Of a stretch of 64,000 nucleotides of DNA, positions 17,174-26,433 are shown in pieces. This stretch comes from an uncultured virus (IMG/VR IMGVR_UViG_3300017783_000004) (lineage: Duplodnaviria; Heunggongvirae; Uroviricota; Caudoviricetes). Every line of letters starts with the position of its first letter. Position 1 is the stretch's first letter. Below the pieces are notes generated by a model. It was not told the origin of the DNA. It worked only from the letters and a program-made list of their open reading frames with translations, and did not search any database. A program made the translations under genes and the position numbers. The stretch lies in the IMG/VR virus record IMGVR_UViG_3300017783_000004; one strand, 5' to 3'.

Positions 17174-18722
17174 TTAATTCCTTTGTTGCATCTAGGACTT
17201 CTAGTGCTGATTTTACGGCAAGGTCTGCGTGGTTTTCACAATCAAGTGGTGCATTCCAAAAACTCATTATGCAATCCCCCATATACTTATCTATGGTTCC
17301 ACTATTATTTAGTATGATTTTAGTTTGCATATCTAAAAACTTATTAATGAGTTCTACTAAACCTTCTGGATCATCTTTCTGCATATAGTGTTCGCTTATG
17401 GGAGTGAATCCGATTATGTCCATAAACATGAAAGTCATCTCTCTTCTATCTCCGCCAAGTCTAAGTTTACTTGGGTCTTTTTGTAGTTCTTCAATCATGT
17501 CAGGAGATAAATACTTTTGGAACTGCTTCTTAATTTGTTCTTTGAGTTGGTAAGTAGTATAGTATTGGTTAAAAGAAGCGTGTCCGAAAACAACAACGGA
17601 GCTTAACGATGACCAGAAGATATCGAAAAGAACGAGATTGTAAAACCACAAATAGTGACTTAACCCCACCTGAAGTAAAACGAACCCTACAGAGACTATC
17701 GCCGAGAAGGCTGTGGGAAGTTTGTAGACCGATACCAGTATTCCTAGAAGGACTAACAGAAGAAGAAAAGTCTCGAGCATTTCAAGAGTCTCGGATACAT
17801 GTATTTGAACTCCTGACGAAACGGTTTGGATTAGGTGTGCTTGAACTTCGTGAGGATACATTACACCCATTGGGGTTGAAACTGGAATAGATAACCCCTC
17901 AGCGGTTAGTCCATAGACTAGAATCTTTCCTTCTATATCAGAATCTTGCAAGTCTGCAAATGAGATAGATTCGAATTCGTTCCAATACGAAATCATCAAG
18001 TCTGCACTTGATGTGGTCTCTATTGGTTTGTCTCTTCCCATTTTAACCCATTCAATACCTGCATCAGCAGTTACCCTAGTTTGATAATTGGGTTGGTCAT
18101 AGTATGCTCTGAGAACTTCGAATCCTAAACTTGGATATAATTGACCATTTGCCTGGATGACTAGCGGAATCGCTCTGTTTGTTCCGTCAAAATTTGGTGT
18201 ATTCGCCACAGGTGGTGTGGCAACTGTCACGCCCATACCCCAAGCTGAGTTTTGTAATTCGGTTCGGGGACTTACTAAACCTGAAAAGTTCCATACATGG
18301 TCTTGTATATTACCATCTCCGAATACAGATGTATTTACAAATGGTGCGTTGCCTGATTCTTTTTGAATTGTTGGTGCTGATGATAATATCGTTAATCTGT
18401 TTTCTAGTGCCTCTGCAAAGACTTCATCACCACCGAATCTATCTTCTTCTGCGAATAGTATATTGAATACATGAGTATTTGAGTGATGTGTTTCCCATAA
18501 TGTATCTGCGTATATGTCTCTAGGGAAAGGATATTGACCGTACTTCTCTATTGCCTTTTCATCTATGTTGACCAGTAGTATGTCATCTACTATCACTTTT
18601 TCTTTTTGTTGATGTAGAACATCGAAGTAAGACCATCTAACATTATCTATTAGATAAGGCGACCATATCTTTATGCCCACGAGTGCAATGATGGTTATAA
18701 GTACAGTTTTCCAATTATACAT
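16884..18722 (-). CDS. CHASE2-domain adenylate/guanylate cyclase
   Basis: CHASE2 IDEKAIEKYGQYPFPR, three TM helices, class III cyclase FMDIIGFT, DKYMGDCIM, DYSVIGDAVNLGARLE, VKGK. Confidence 0.95.
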   Translation of the reverse strand: MYNWKTVLITIIALVGIKIWSPYLIDNVRWSYFDVLHQQKEKVIVDDILLVNIDEKAIEKYGQYPFPRDIYADTLWETHHSNTHVFNILFAEEDRFGGDEVFAEALENRLTILSSAPTIQKESGNAPFVNTSVFGDGNIQDHVWNFSGLVSPRTELQNSAWGMGVTVATPPVANTPNFDGTNRAIPLVIQANGQLYPSLGFEVLRAYYDQPNYQTRVTADAGIEWVKMGRDKPIETTSSADLMISYWNEFESISFADLQDSDIEGKILVYGLTAEGLSIPVSTPMGVMYPHEVQAHLIQTVSSGVQIHVSETLEMLETFLLLLVLLGILVSVYKLPTAFSAIVSVGFVLLQVGLSHYLWFYNLVLFDIFWSSLSSVVVFGHASFNQYYTTYQLKEQIKKQFQKYLSPDMIEELQKDPSKLRLGGDRREMTFMFMDIIGFTPISEHYMQKDDPEGLVELINKFLDMQTKIILNNSGTIDKYMGDCIMSFWNAPLDCENHADLAVKSALEVLDATKELNEELKPLNLPPINVGIGISSGECIVGNMGSELRFDYSVIGDAVNLGARLEGQTRNYNGVDLLLSERTYQLCPDRAFTRVDRITVKGKSEQVTIYTI

Positions 18723-18788
18723 AGATATCTATCAGGTTACCCTTTTTCCATTCGAGTAGTCGATATCTCCTGTATCTGTTTTGTGGCA

Positions 18789-18968
18789 CTATTCAATTGT
18801 GGGCCACGCAAAAAAGAATATGTATAGACAAACACCAATGAGTGATATTGCAAGAACTGTTGACCAGAAACTTGACCACCATTGTTGTTTTTTCTTTCTA
18901 CGATATTCGTTAACCATTGCGATGGTCCTTTCTCGTGCATCTTTTGAAAATGGATTCGCTTCATTCAT
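18789..18968 (-). CDS. Small membrane protein (59 aa, not in ORF track)
   Basis: MNEANPFSKD...RRKKKQQWWSSFWSTVLAISLIGVCLYIFFFAWPTIE; basic patch plus TM helix. Confidence 0.6.
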   Translation of the reverse strand: MNEANPFSKDARERTIAMVNEYRRKKKQQWWSSFWSTVLAISLIGVCLYIFFFAWPTIE

Positions 18969-19066
18969 AATATTAAACCGATAATAAAACCTATGTTTAG
19001 TCCTAAAGAACAGACTAAGATAAAGTCTTTTTTAAAAGAATACGGTATCATGTCGATTGTGTTCAT
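18965..19066 (-). CDS. Small hydrophobic peptide (33 aa, not in ORF track)
   Basis: ATGA overlaps at both ends; C-terminal hydrophobic stretch. Confidence 0.45.
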   Translation of the reverse strand: MNTIDMIPYSFKKDFILVCSLGLNIGFIIGLIL

Positions 19067-19320
19067 GAGAATTTCTTCTGTATTCGTTTATAGATATAGT
19101 ATATAGACAGTCCATAAGTAGCGAGAACAGTCATTGTAAAACCTATGTAAATAAGTTCTATTGGTGTTAGGAAGAGAACTTGCCAAACGAAATCAGATGC
19201 AGCTTCTACATCACCCAAAGATTCAGGCATGACCATATCGTTCTCTTCAAAGAGTTCTAATATGTCGTCATACTCTTCTTCAGTGAGACACTCGTAAAAC
19301 TCAGGTGGACATTCACTCAT
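19063..19320 (-). CDS. Small membrane protein
   Basis: Acidic N-terminus, TM helix, basic tail. Confidence 0.65.
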   Translation of the reverse strand: MSECPPEFYECLTEEEYDDILELFEENDMVMPESLGDVEAASDFVWQVLFLTPIELIYIGFTMTVLATYGLSIYYIYKRIQKKFS

Positions 19321-20087
19321 TGTTGGGTCACCGATGTACTACAACCACCGACTGTCATGCAATCGACTGATATAGTATAAGACTGAGTACCACTAGTACC
19401 AAATTGTAATAATGTTAAGTCTGTTCCATATAAACCATCAAGAGTTATATTTGCAGTGTGATTTGCACTAGTTCCTTTCTGACGGACATACACATCGTTA
19501 TAATCATTGTAGATTGTTAAGTTTGTAGTTTTTACACCATTGCCTTGTTGTTTGATTTGAACTTCGTTATGGTCACCTGCTAAATGCAAATCAAAGTTAT
19601 GACCATCCCATGCATTATGTTGATTTGTTTGTTGAACTGCTAATTTGTTATAGTCGCCATACATTGTAATGTCTATCTCGTGTCCGCCACCTTCACTACC
19701 ATCATGACTCCAATCTAAATTTGTTTCGGAGTCTAGTGAATCCCAAGTAATGCCTTGACCAAGTTTCATTTTGTTACCAGTACCACTGACCTCATCAAAT
19801 ACAATTGAGTTGGGATAAGTATAACTTGATGATGTATTGTGTATGTTGTATTGAACCATATACACACCTAGACTAGAAGCATTAATATATGAATTAGCAT
19901 CTAACATTTTAATTTCATTATCGAAACCAATTTGTTCTATACCTAGTTCAAAATTATCTCCGCTTTGTTCAATAGATATAACATTGTCATCAGCGTATAC
20001 AGGAAATACCATGAGATAACAAGCACCCCATGGTAGTATCCAGTATTTGTAAAATTTATTTTTTAATTTGTTTAAAAAATCCACCAT
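19317..20087 (-). CDS. Curlin-like repeat protein (CsgA/CsgB-like)
   Basis: Signal peptide ending VYA, then repeats N-x-I-x-I-x-Q-x-G-x-x-N (ISIEQSGDN, EVQIKQQGNG, VYVRQKG); start taken at MVDF. Confidence 0.65.
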   Translation of the reverse strand: MVDFLNKLKNKFYKYWILPWGACYLMVFPVYADDNVISIEQSGDNFELGIEQIGFDNEIKMLDANSYINASSLGVYMVQYNIHNTSSSYTYPNSIVFDEVSGTGNKMKLGQGITWDSLDSETNLDWSHDGSEGGGHEIDITMYGDYNKLAVQQTNQHNAWDGHNFDLHLAGDHNEVQIKQQGNGVKTTNLTIYNDYNDVYVRQKGTSANHTANITLDGLYGTDLTLLQFGTSGTQSYTISVDCMTVGGCSTSVTQQ

Positions 20088-20227
20088 AATAATAATCCTA
20101 AAATTAATCCCTCGGTGTATGACACCCATAACATTTCATATTCATCTAAACCAAAATAGTCGGCAACTTCCCATGTTAGGTTTTCATGCCATTGTCTTAG
20201 TTTAGTAAAGTCAATATTTATGCTCAT
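20072..20227 (-). CDS. Small membrane protein
   Basis: AGGAGAG SD before MSINIDF; C-terminal hydrophobic helix. Confidence 0.6.
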   Translation of the reverse strand: MSINIDFTKLRQWHENLTWEVADYFGLDEYEMLWVSYTEGLILGLLLWWIF

Positions 20228-20237
20228 AAATCTCTCC

Positions 20238-21395
20238 TTAATCTTGTCGTATAACAATTGTAATTCCATCTCCATCTCCAAATGTCATGACACCTGAGTA
20301 TCCTGGAACTTCGGCATCTATAATACCTGAACCACCACTTGTTATAATTATATTTATGACTCCTTGGACATCACGAAAGAAAACTAAGTCTCCGTCTTGT
20401 TCGAAAACATTAAACTGAGAATCTTTGTTGAAACCTTGTGAGGCACCTTTAAGTGCAAACCCAGCTAATTCAGTACCCGAACTACTTTTGGAACCTAACG
20501 ATACCGTGGTTCTCTCTAATTCTTCTATAACATCTAATAAGTCTTGTAAAAAATCCACATCCAAATAATCTATGTCCAACTCTGAAAATGATAAATCTTC
20601 AGTCGTATCGGCCAAAGCATCTCCCTCAAGTTCATTGAACTCTAAGAAGTCTACATCTAATAGACCTTGGTCATCATAGTTTTCATCTTGATAGGATTCT
20701 TCCATCGCATTTCGTATTTCCGAAGGCGGATTTACGATGAACATGTTGTCAATCAGACTCGGTGTAATACCTTGAACCGTGACTGCTGTAGTTGGTGATG
20801 AATCAAACGATGCAACAGTAGTTGCCTGATATGGTTGATTTAAAACAACTTCACCACCGTCATTATAAACTAGTATTTCTCCAGATGATTCACCTGTATC
20901 TTCATCCGGAAGTAAGATTACCATAGTCCTTCCCAACTCATCAATGGTGGTTGTAAAATCTGTCCCTCTCATTGTGATATTGGCTGTAGGAGTAGATACA
21001 TCTACATTTTGTTTTTTAATTCTTGAACCACCACCCGAGGCGAATCGTGCTGTGCCTCGTGCCATTCGTATTGACATTTTGGATAAACTTGGGTCGGGGT
21101 CGTAATATGCCTCGTCTATGTAAACGAGTGAGTTTTCTGTTAAACTCAATTTTTCATTATCTAAAAATTGTATGAGCATACGCCCATTGGCAGTCTCTGC
21201 TTCATCATACATGTTGATGTCTGTACCGACATCTGTTAGAATTCTGTCCTGCTCTCTTTTTACAGATGTGACACCTGTAGATTCAATTACACCGCCAATG
21301 GGCTCAGCCCAGCTGAACCCACCAGCGAATAATAAAAAGAAACTAACTATCGCTGCCGGAATCTTTTTGTGTAATCTGAATAATCGCATTGTCAC
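20238..21395 (-). CDS. FecR-domain exported protein
   Basis: Signal peptide, ETANGRMLIQFLDNEKLSLTENS, RGTARFASG, TPTANITMRGTDF. Confidence 0.85.
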   Translation of the reverse strand: MTMRLFRLHKKIPAAIVSFFLLFAGGFSWAEPIGGVIESTGVTSVKREQDRILTDVGTDINMYDEAETANGRMLIQFLDNEKLSLTENSLVYIDEAYYDPDPSLSKMSIRMARGTARFASGGGSRIKKQNVDVSTPTANITMRGTDFTTTIDELGRTMVILLPDEDTGESSGEILVYNDGGEVVLNQPYQATTVASFDSSPTTAVTVQGITPSLIDNMFIVNPPSEIRNAMEESYQDENYDDQGLLDVDFLEFNELEGDALADTTEDLSFSELDIDYLDVDFLQDLLDVIEELERTTVSLGSKSSSGTELAGFALKGASQGFNKDSQFNVFEQDGDLVFFRDVQGVINIIITSGGSGIIDAEVPGYSGVMTFGDGDGITIVIRQD

Positions 21396-22077
21396 TGTTT
21401 ACATTAAGATTGACATTTGCATTAGGTGTTGCACACCCTCCGCCAGAAGCTGCACATGTGCCTGATATCTGAGTGATATCAACATCAGCACTGTCTCCTG
21501 TAAAATCAAAATTAAGTGTTTGTGAACCATCTTTTTGCAATGTATTGAAATTAGAACTAGAACCAGTCACATCGAAATTCCATGTGACATCATCTGATTC
21601 CCAATCAATATCAAAAACATTACTACTTCCAATGAGAACTAAATCCGCATTTAATCTCTCTGCACTTGCAACAGCACCTTGGTCGATATCGAATGTATTC
21701 GAATCGCCTGTCATTGCGAAATTGATGTCTGAATCATCTGAACTACCTGTAGAACCTATGTTCCAGTCAATAGCGTTAGAATCACCAGTCATCGATATAG
21801 CGTAGTTCGATGTATCGGCAACGAGAGGTCCGAATAACAAGTTCTTGTTACCTATCATATCTATGTTGAAATCCAAAGTCACACCAGTAATGGTCATGTT
21901 TGAACCAGAACCACTTGAAAAGTCGTTTAGTCCTACTTTGTTACCAAAACCAACTTGGTCAACATATAATTTTAGAGTATCACCAACTTGTGTTATCATA
22001 ATCTCATTATCATCAGTTGCAGCTGCGAAAACGAATGGTGTCGACATTAGTAATAAAATACTTAAAATTTTATTCAT
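21343..22077 (-). CDS. Curlin-like repeat protein (CsgA/CsgB-like)
   Basis: Signal peptide ending VFA, about 8 beta-arc repeats (MTGDSNAIDWNIG, MTGDSNTFDIDQG, IGSSNVFDID). Confidence 0.65.
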   Translation of the reverse strand: MNKILSILLLMSTPFVFAAATDDNEIMITQVGDTLKLYVDQVGFGNKVGLNDFSSGSGSNMTITGVTLDFNIDMIGNKNLLFGPLVADTSNYAISMTGDSNAIDWNIGSTGSSDDSDINFAMTGDSNTFDIDQGAVASAERLNADLVLIGSSNVFDIDWESDDVTWNFDVTGSSSNFNTLQKDGSQTLNFDFTGDSADVDITQISGTCAASGGGCATPNANVNLNVNSDNAIIQITQKDSGSDS

Positions 22078-23035
22078 TTTCTTCTCCTTTTATTGAGTGT
22101 AAATCATTTACACCATCACTATTGTGTGGGTGTCTATGACCTTCCTCTATTTTCCAAAAACCCCTATCATGCCCTTGGTAGATTAATTCCAGTACGGCAG
22201 CCTCAATAGCTGTTCGTACCGCATATGTCACTGACTCATTATTACCCACTCCGTCCTCGAACTCTAGCAATTGTGTACCTTCTTCAATGAATCGGAATAC
22301 ATCGCCGCCTGAACCATAAGAAAGGATAGTCTTTCTTGTTTGGACATTCAATAATACTTCACCTGTTAGAACTGAAACAGCTCTCATACTAACCGTGACA
22401 GCATCTTGACGATACTGTCTACTAACTCCAATTCCTAGTGTCCTTGCGCCTCGACCACCAGTTAATAAATTGGAATCATAACCTATTATACCACCCTCTA
22501 TTATCATACCTGCGAATAGTAAGGGTTGTAAATTTTGAAACTTGTCTTCGCCTTGTTGTTTAGCAAAGTCTTGTCTAGCAGAACGAATGATTTGTCTCTC
22601 TCTTACTAAGTTGTCTATGCCATGTCTTTCAACAACTCTAAACCATGTTCCTTTACCTGCCGTTTTAAGTGCATCAATAACCATTTCGGTTGCACCTTGT
22701 GTCACAGCAGTAGAAAATGATGCGAGATTATCTTCTGCCTTTCTTTGACCAGTCTTATCTATAAAATTATAAACTGCAACAGTAGGTCTTTCTTTTGCCT
22801 TAGGCAAATTCAGTAGTTCTAAATGTGAAGGTAGATTAATTACAGTAGCATTTTCTACACATATGTAATTTCTAGACCATGCCTTTGCGACACCTGTGAC
22901 AACATCTCTGCCGAAACCCTCATCAAATCTTCCTGTCTCATAGGCACAATCTGCTGGGTTGTCTGACCACTTTGGAACAGATGCACATCCAGATAGTAAA
23001 AGTACGCAGGTGAGTAAATATTTAACCAGTTCCAT
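22070..23035 (-). CDS. csgG: Curli secretion channel lipoprotein CsgG
   Basis: Lipobox LLLSGC, VAVYNFIDKTGQRK, FSTAVTQGA, WFRVVER, NLVRERQIIR, EGGIIGYDSN, QYRQDAVTVSMR. Confidence 0.92.
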   Translation of the reverse strand: MELVKYLLTCVLLLSGCASVPKWSDNPADCAYETGRFDEGFGRDVVTGVAKAWSRNYICVENATVINLPSHLELLNLPKAKERPTVAVYNFIDKTGQRKAEDNLASFSTAVTQGATEMVIDALKTAGKGTWFRVVERHGIDNLVRERQIIRSARQDFAKQQGEDKFQNLQPLLFAGMIIEGGIIGYDSNLLTGGRGARTLGIGVSRQYRQDAVTVSMRAVSVLTGEVLLNVQTRKTILSYGSGGDVFRFIEEGTQLLEFEDGVGNNESVTYAVRTAIEAAVLELIYQGHDRGFWKIEEGHRHPHNSDGVNDLHSIKGEENE

Positions 23036-23510
23036 CTGAGTCTTGTCCAAAGTTTCCTGTTCCGATTGGTATCTCAATAACTGTTTCTGTTCCATCGGAA
23101 TCAACAATTGTCATTCGTATAAATTCTGAACCATCTTCGTTAGTCATTACTTCATATGTGACAACATTGCCCTCTAAACTAAATGAACCAAATCTAACTG
23201 AACCGTCATTCGAAAACATAGACTCAACCAATTGTTTTGCCATTTGAGCATAAATTCGTGATTCTAAATTACGAATAAATTTGGCCATGGTTGTATTGTC
23301 TTCTGCCCTTTCAGCTGCCTTTCTAGCAGATTCAAGTGCATCTTCTATTTCTTTTTTTCTTGTAAACTCTTGGTTCTCAACGGTTAGGTAATGTGATGCT
23401 GTGCCTATTCCACTGAAACTAGGGTTTTTAAATTTATGTTTTATATCAGCCTGTACGCTTTCGCTAATACAGAATACTGAAACTAAGAATATGATTTGTA
23501 ATAATTTCAT
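23022..23510 (-). CDS. csgF: Curli assembly protein CsgF-like
   Basis: Signal peptide, then HKFKNPSFSG (CsgF F.NP.FGG-type motif), FIRNLESRIYAQ, C-terminal TVIEIP; adjacent to csgG. Confidence 0.8.
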   Translation of the reverse strand: MKLLQIIFLVSVFCISESVQADIKHKFKNPSFSGIGTASHYLTVENQEFTRKKEIEDALESARKAAERAEDNTTMAKFIRNLESRIYAQMAKQLVESMFSNDGSVRFGSFSLEGNVVTYEVMTNEDGSEFIRMTIVDSDGTETVIEIPIGTGNFGQDSDGTG

Positions 23511-23764
23511 TTCTTTTTCACCTCTTCCTTTTTGGCATTCTCTTTCATCTCTAAAACTACATCTACTTTTTGTTGTAGTCTTATTAAGTCTTGGTCTAAC
23601 ATTCTTGTTTGGTCTATTACTTTAATTAATTGAAAGTGCATTTTTTCAATTTCGGGTTCTAGTTTTTCACCTACAAACCACCAAATGTAATATATGAAAT
23701 AACCGAGTCCTACTGCCATCACAATGGGAAATCCGAAATCGGAGATTAATTGTGCAATGTCCAT
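23507..23764 (-). CDS. Small membrane protein, TM plus coiled coil
   Basis: ISDFGFPIVMAVGLGYFIYYIW; paralogous pattern to the next gene. Confidence 0.7.
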   Translation of the reverse strand: MDIAQLISDFGFPIVMAVGLGYFIYYIWWFVGEKLEPEIEKMHFQLIKVIDQTRMLDQDLIRLQQKVDVVLEMKENAKKEEVKKK

Positions 23765-24060
23765 CAGTCTCTCCTGACATCGAGCTTATCATCTTCTATG
23801 AAGTTTTCAGCTCTCGCAATTCTCTCTATGTCTGGTCTCAACTCTAAAGCACTTGATACAAGTAAATCTATCTTAATCATTTCGTTAGACATTGTTCTTG
23901 CTCGATTTTCTAAAGATTTACAGAACATTGTAAGTGTGGAAATAGAATCAACTACACCCTCAAGTATCTGTTTAATAACTATGAATATAAAGAACCCCAT
24001 TACTACTGAACCAGCAATCGGAGCACCCACTTCACCTATTAGATTAAAAATCTCTTCCAT
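23764..24060 (-). CDS. Small membrane protein, TM plus coiled coil
   Basis: IGEVGAPIAGSVVMGFFIFIVI; first gene after a late promoter. Confidence 0.7.
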   Translation of the reverse strand: MEEIFNLIGEVGAPIAGSVVMGFFIFIVIKQILEGVVDSISTLTMFCKSLENRARTMSNEMIKIDLLVSSALELRPDIERIARAENFIEDDKLDVRRD

Positions 24061-24066
24061 ACTGTT

Positions 24067-24074
24067 ATTTATAC
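24067..24074 (-). promoter_or_regulatory. T4-type late promoter (TATAAATA) for the curli operon
   Basis: Minus-strand GTATAAATAA just upstream of the operon; related boxes near 6212, 14272, 24764, 37981, 41591, 41897, 44723, 47358, 49961, 55211, 55491, 59894 and 63539. Confidence 0.75.
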
Positions 24075-24096
24075 AAATTGTCTTTTCCTAAGGGCT

Positions 24097-24125
24097 AAAA
24101 AAAAGGGACTCTAACGAGTCCCTTT
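24097..24125 (-). terminator. Intrinsic terminator
   Basis: AAAGGGACTC-GTTA-GAGTCCCTTT followed by a T tract. Confidence 0.85.
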
Positions 24126-24147
24126 CGTGTCCTGGTAGGACTAATAA

Positions 24148-24477
24148 TTATTCTTCTTCGGTATCATCACCATCAGAATCATTATTATTTTTCAGTTGCG
24201 AGTGTATTTCGGTAATTACAGCTGCTTTCGAACCACTTCTTTTTACTTTCAGTGATTTTTTATCAGCAAGTTCTAATAGTTGAACTTTAGTTAATGTCTT
24301 AAGTTCAGCCTTAGATGTAATACCGTTATTGTTTTTATCTGCAACAACTTTTGGTTTCACTACTCTTGGTTTTCTAACCGGAGGTGGAGCCACCGTTGTT
24401 GTAGTTGTTTCGTTATCTCTATTGAAATAAGCGTAAACAATAACAAATAACACTACAATTGCAATTGCGTATTCCAT
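24148..24477 (-). CDS. Membrane-anchored protein with Rho-N/SAP-like helical domain
   Basis: N-terminal TM, Thr/Pro linker, ELKTLTKVQLLELA...SKAAVITEI; class II promoter at 24507-24535. Confidence 0.6.
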   Translation of the reverse strand: MEYAIAIVVLFVIVYAYFNRDNETTTTTVAPPPVRKPRVVKPKVVADKNNNGITSKAELKTLTKVQLLELADKKSLKVKRSGSKAAVITEIHSQLKNNNDSDGDDTEEE

Positions 24478-24554
24478 AATATACTCCTATCAAATTATGA
24501 GACTCCAGTATATCGAAGTTTCGTGTATTTGTCTAGGGGGTTTTATAGAACTTT

Positions 24555-24728
24555 TTAGTCCTTTGCTTTACCAACATTTAATGCGACCCAATCAAGTACT
24601 TTGTAAGCTTTCTTGACTATGCCATCATCAACTGGTGTAGGTGTAAGAGCTGCAATTAATGATGCACCCATTACTAACCAGGGTAACACTTGTACCCAAG
24701 CAATTATCCATTGAAGAAATTCCAACAT
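24555..24728 (-). CDS. Small holin-like membrane protein (57 aa, not in ORF track)
   Basis: MLEFLQWIIAWVQVLPWLVMGASLIAALTPTPVDD...LDWVALNVGKAKD; AGGAG SD; late box upstream. Confidence 0.6.
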   Translation of the reverse strand: MLEFLQWIIAWVQVLPWLVMGASLIAALTPTPVDDGIVKKAYKVLDWVALNVGKAKD

Positions 24729-24767
24729 ATAATACTCCTGTTATTAATTGATTTATAACAGAGGTAT

Positions 24768-25193
24768 TTATGATATGTTAGTGCCTATTGAGTACTTTTG
24801 TGTGAGTTTCCACTGTTGTTTCTCTTTGTAAGGTATAACCTTAATCTGAGAAAGTGGTGCTCTAGGTTCTTCAATTCTCTTTGGGTCAAGTACCTTGACA
24901 AGACTCCATTGTCTCAATAAATCGATTATGGTGTTGCGCCTTGCAACATCTGATTCGTCAAAGTTTGATTGTTTACCATCGAGTTTGAATAACTCTTTGA
25001 AGTGGACAATGTAATACTTGCCCCTTTTGTGTAGTATGTGACATGACTGAAAAAGTTCTTTTTCTTTTCTTGACGCTACGCCAATTCTAGATAGGGTTTC
25101 TCTTATCTTTAAGAAGTCGTCCTTTTCAGGAAATGTTATTTCTACTAAATCTTTTACTGATTCTAAATTGTCATCCATTATTCTTTCCACCAA
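24768..25193 (-). CDS. regA: Translational repressor RegA
   Basis: DDFLKIRETLSRIGVA, QSCHILHKRGKYYIVHFKELF. Confidence 0.97.
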   Translation of the reverse strand: MVERIMDDNLESVKDLVEITFPEKDDFLKIRETLSRIGVASRKEKELFQSCHILHKRGKYYIVHFKELFKLDGKQSNFDESDVARRNTIIDLLRQWSLVKVLDPKRIEEPRAPLSQIKVIPYKEKQQWKLTQKYSIGTNIS

Positions 25194-25563
25194 TTTTCAT
25201 ACTGTCTTTCAAGTCACGATACTGTTTATCATTTAAAAGTTCTAGATATTCTTTGGCTCGTTGTGAGGATACACCAAAGGCGTTCTTCACTGTATCTAAT
25301 TTCTTACTCTCGTAAGGTTTATGCCATTTCGAAAATCTCTGCCTTTTTCTAAGAGTATTTATGAAAAACAAGTATTGAAGACGACCCTCAGTCGAATGTC
25401 TGGTGTTCATCTCGTTTACTAGAAAGACTGCATCTTGGTGGTAAGATAATGCCTTATTGATTAGGAAAGGTTGATATGCTTTCTCTTCGATATCATCAAC
25501 CATGATATCTTTTTTGTCGTAAGAGACCGACTTAACGAAGTCGAATGGATTTCGTTTTGCCAC
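25171..25563 (-). CDS. gp62: Clamp loader small subunit
   Basis: YQPFLINKALS, NEMN, QYLFFIN, RKRQRFSKW. Confidence 0.93.
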   Translation of the reverse strand: MAKRNPFDFVKSVSYDKKDIMVDDIEEKAYQPFLINKALSYHQDAVFLVNEMNTRHSTEGRLQYLFFINTLRKRQRFSKWHKPYESKKLDTVKNAFGVSSQRAKEYLELLNDKQYRDLKDSMKIGGKNNG

Positions 25564-25824
25564 TTAAGTGTTTCTTATGTAAGAGTCAACTAGTGCTTGA
25601 CCAGTGAGAGCTTCACCAAAGTAAATAATCTCACCACTTGACTTTATTGTTCTTTGCACAACACCGTTGTTATATTCAATGTCCATCACTGAACCATCAT
25701 TGTTTCTGTTGTCGTACCACATTGAAGTAAAAGAATGTGCATGAATAGATTTAACACCACTTGACCATTTCTCTGCTTCTAATAACAGTCTTTGTCGTTC
25801 TACTCTCTCGTTATGTTCTGTCAT
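25564..25824 (-). CDS. Hypothetical protein
   Basis: 86-aa ORF packed in the operon. Confidence 0.65.
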   Translation of the reverse strand: MTEHNERVERQRLLLEAEKWSSGVKSIHAHSFTSMWYDNRNNDGSVMDIEYNNGVVQRTIKSSGEIIYFGEALTGQALVDSYIRNT

Positions 25825-25924
25825 TGTCTCTACTCTCCCGCCATATTTTATCGGCTTGTCTTTGTAAACTTTTCTCTAAGTGGTAATCAAACCATCTTGC
25901 TAACCATTGTCTTAATTTACCCAT
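25811..25924 (-). CDS. Small protein (37 aa, not in ORF track)
   Basis: MGKLRQWLARWFDYHLEKSLQRQADKIWRESRDNDRT; TAATG coupling to the upstream gene. Confidence 0.5.
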   Translation of the reverse strand: MGKLRQWLARWFDYHLEKSLQRQADKIWRESRDNDRT

Positions 25925-26340
25925 TATGCTTCTTCGTTTGGATTCCAGATTGTTAGGTTTTTAGTTTTAAGTCTATTTACAACTAACTTATATCTACTTC
26001 TCTCTTCTTGCCATTCTTTTAACCAATTAGAACCATCTCTCTCTGCATCAATAAAGATTGCATTGGTAAATGCCAAAGGTAATAGAATTGCACAATGTAT
26101 AACAATACTTGCTACTGTATTGTAGTTAAAGAAACCTAGATAGTTTGCCGCCAAGAAACCAAAAAACACTGACCATACAGTAAACAACACTAACATAAAG
26201 TAAGTTTGTAAACTTGGGTCAGGTATATACTTTAAAGGATTGTATCTTACATCCATAACTCTTCGCCACCCATTCACAAGGGCAAATGCAGTTCTTCTGA
26301 ATAAACTTGGTTTTTTCATCATTGGTTGAATCTTACTCAT
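25924..26340 (-). CDS. Two-TM membrane protein
   Basis: VMDVRYNPLKYIPD followed by two hydrophobic helices. Confidence 0.7.
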   Translation of the reverse strand: MSKIQPMMKKPSLFRRTAFALVNGWRRVMDVRYNPLKYIPDPSLQTYFMLVLFTVWSVFFGFLAANYLGFFNYNTVASIVIHCAILLPLAFTNAIFIDAERDGSNWLKEWQEERSRYKLVVNRLKTKNLTIWNPNEEA

Positions 26341-26433
26341 TTCATTCTCCGTTAAATCGTATGTATTCTTTTATCACATGAAGTCCTACTGACAACCATG
26401 TAATTACTATTAGACTCCATATAAGTATTTCAA

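Noticed and set aside
18737..18964. 75-aa minus-strand ORF in the track
   Set aside because: An alternative frame (18789-18968) gives a coupled start and a clear TM protein, so the track ORF is probably spurious.
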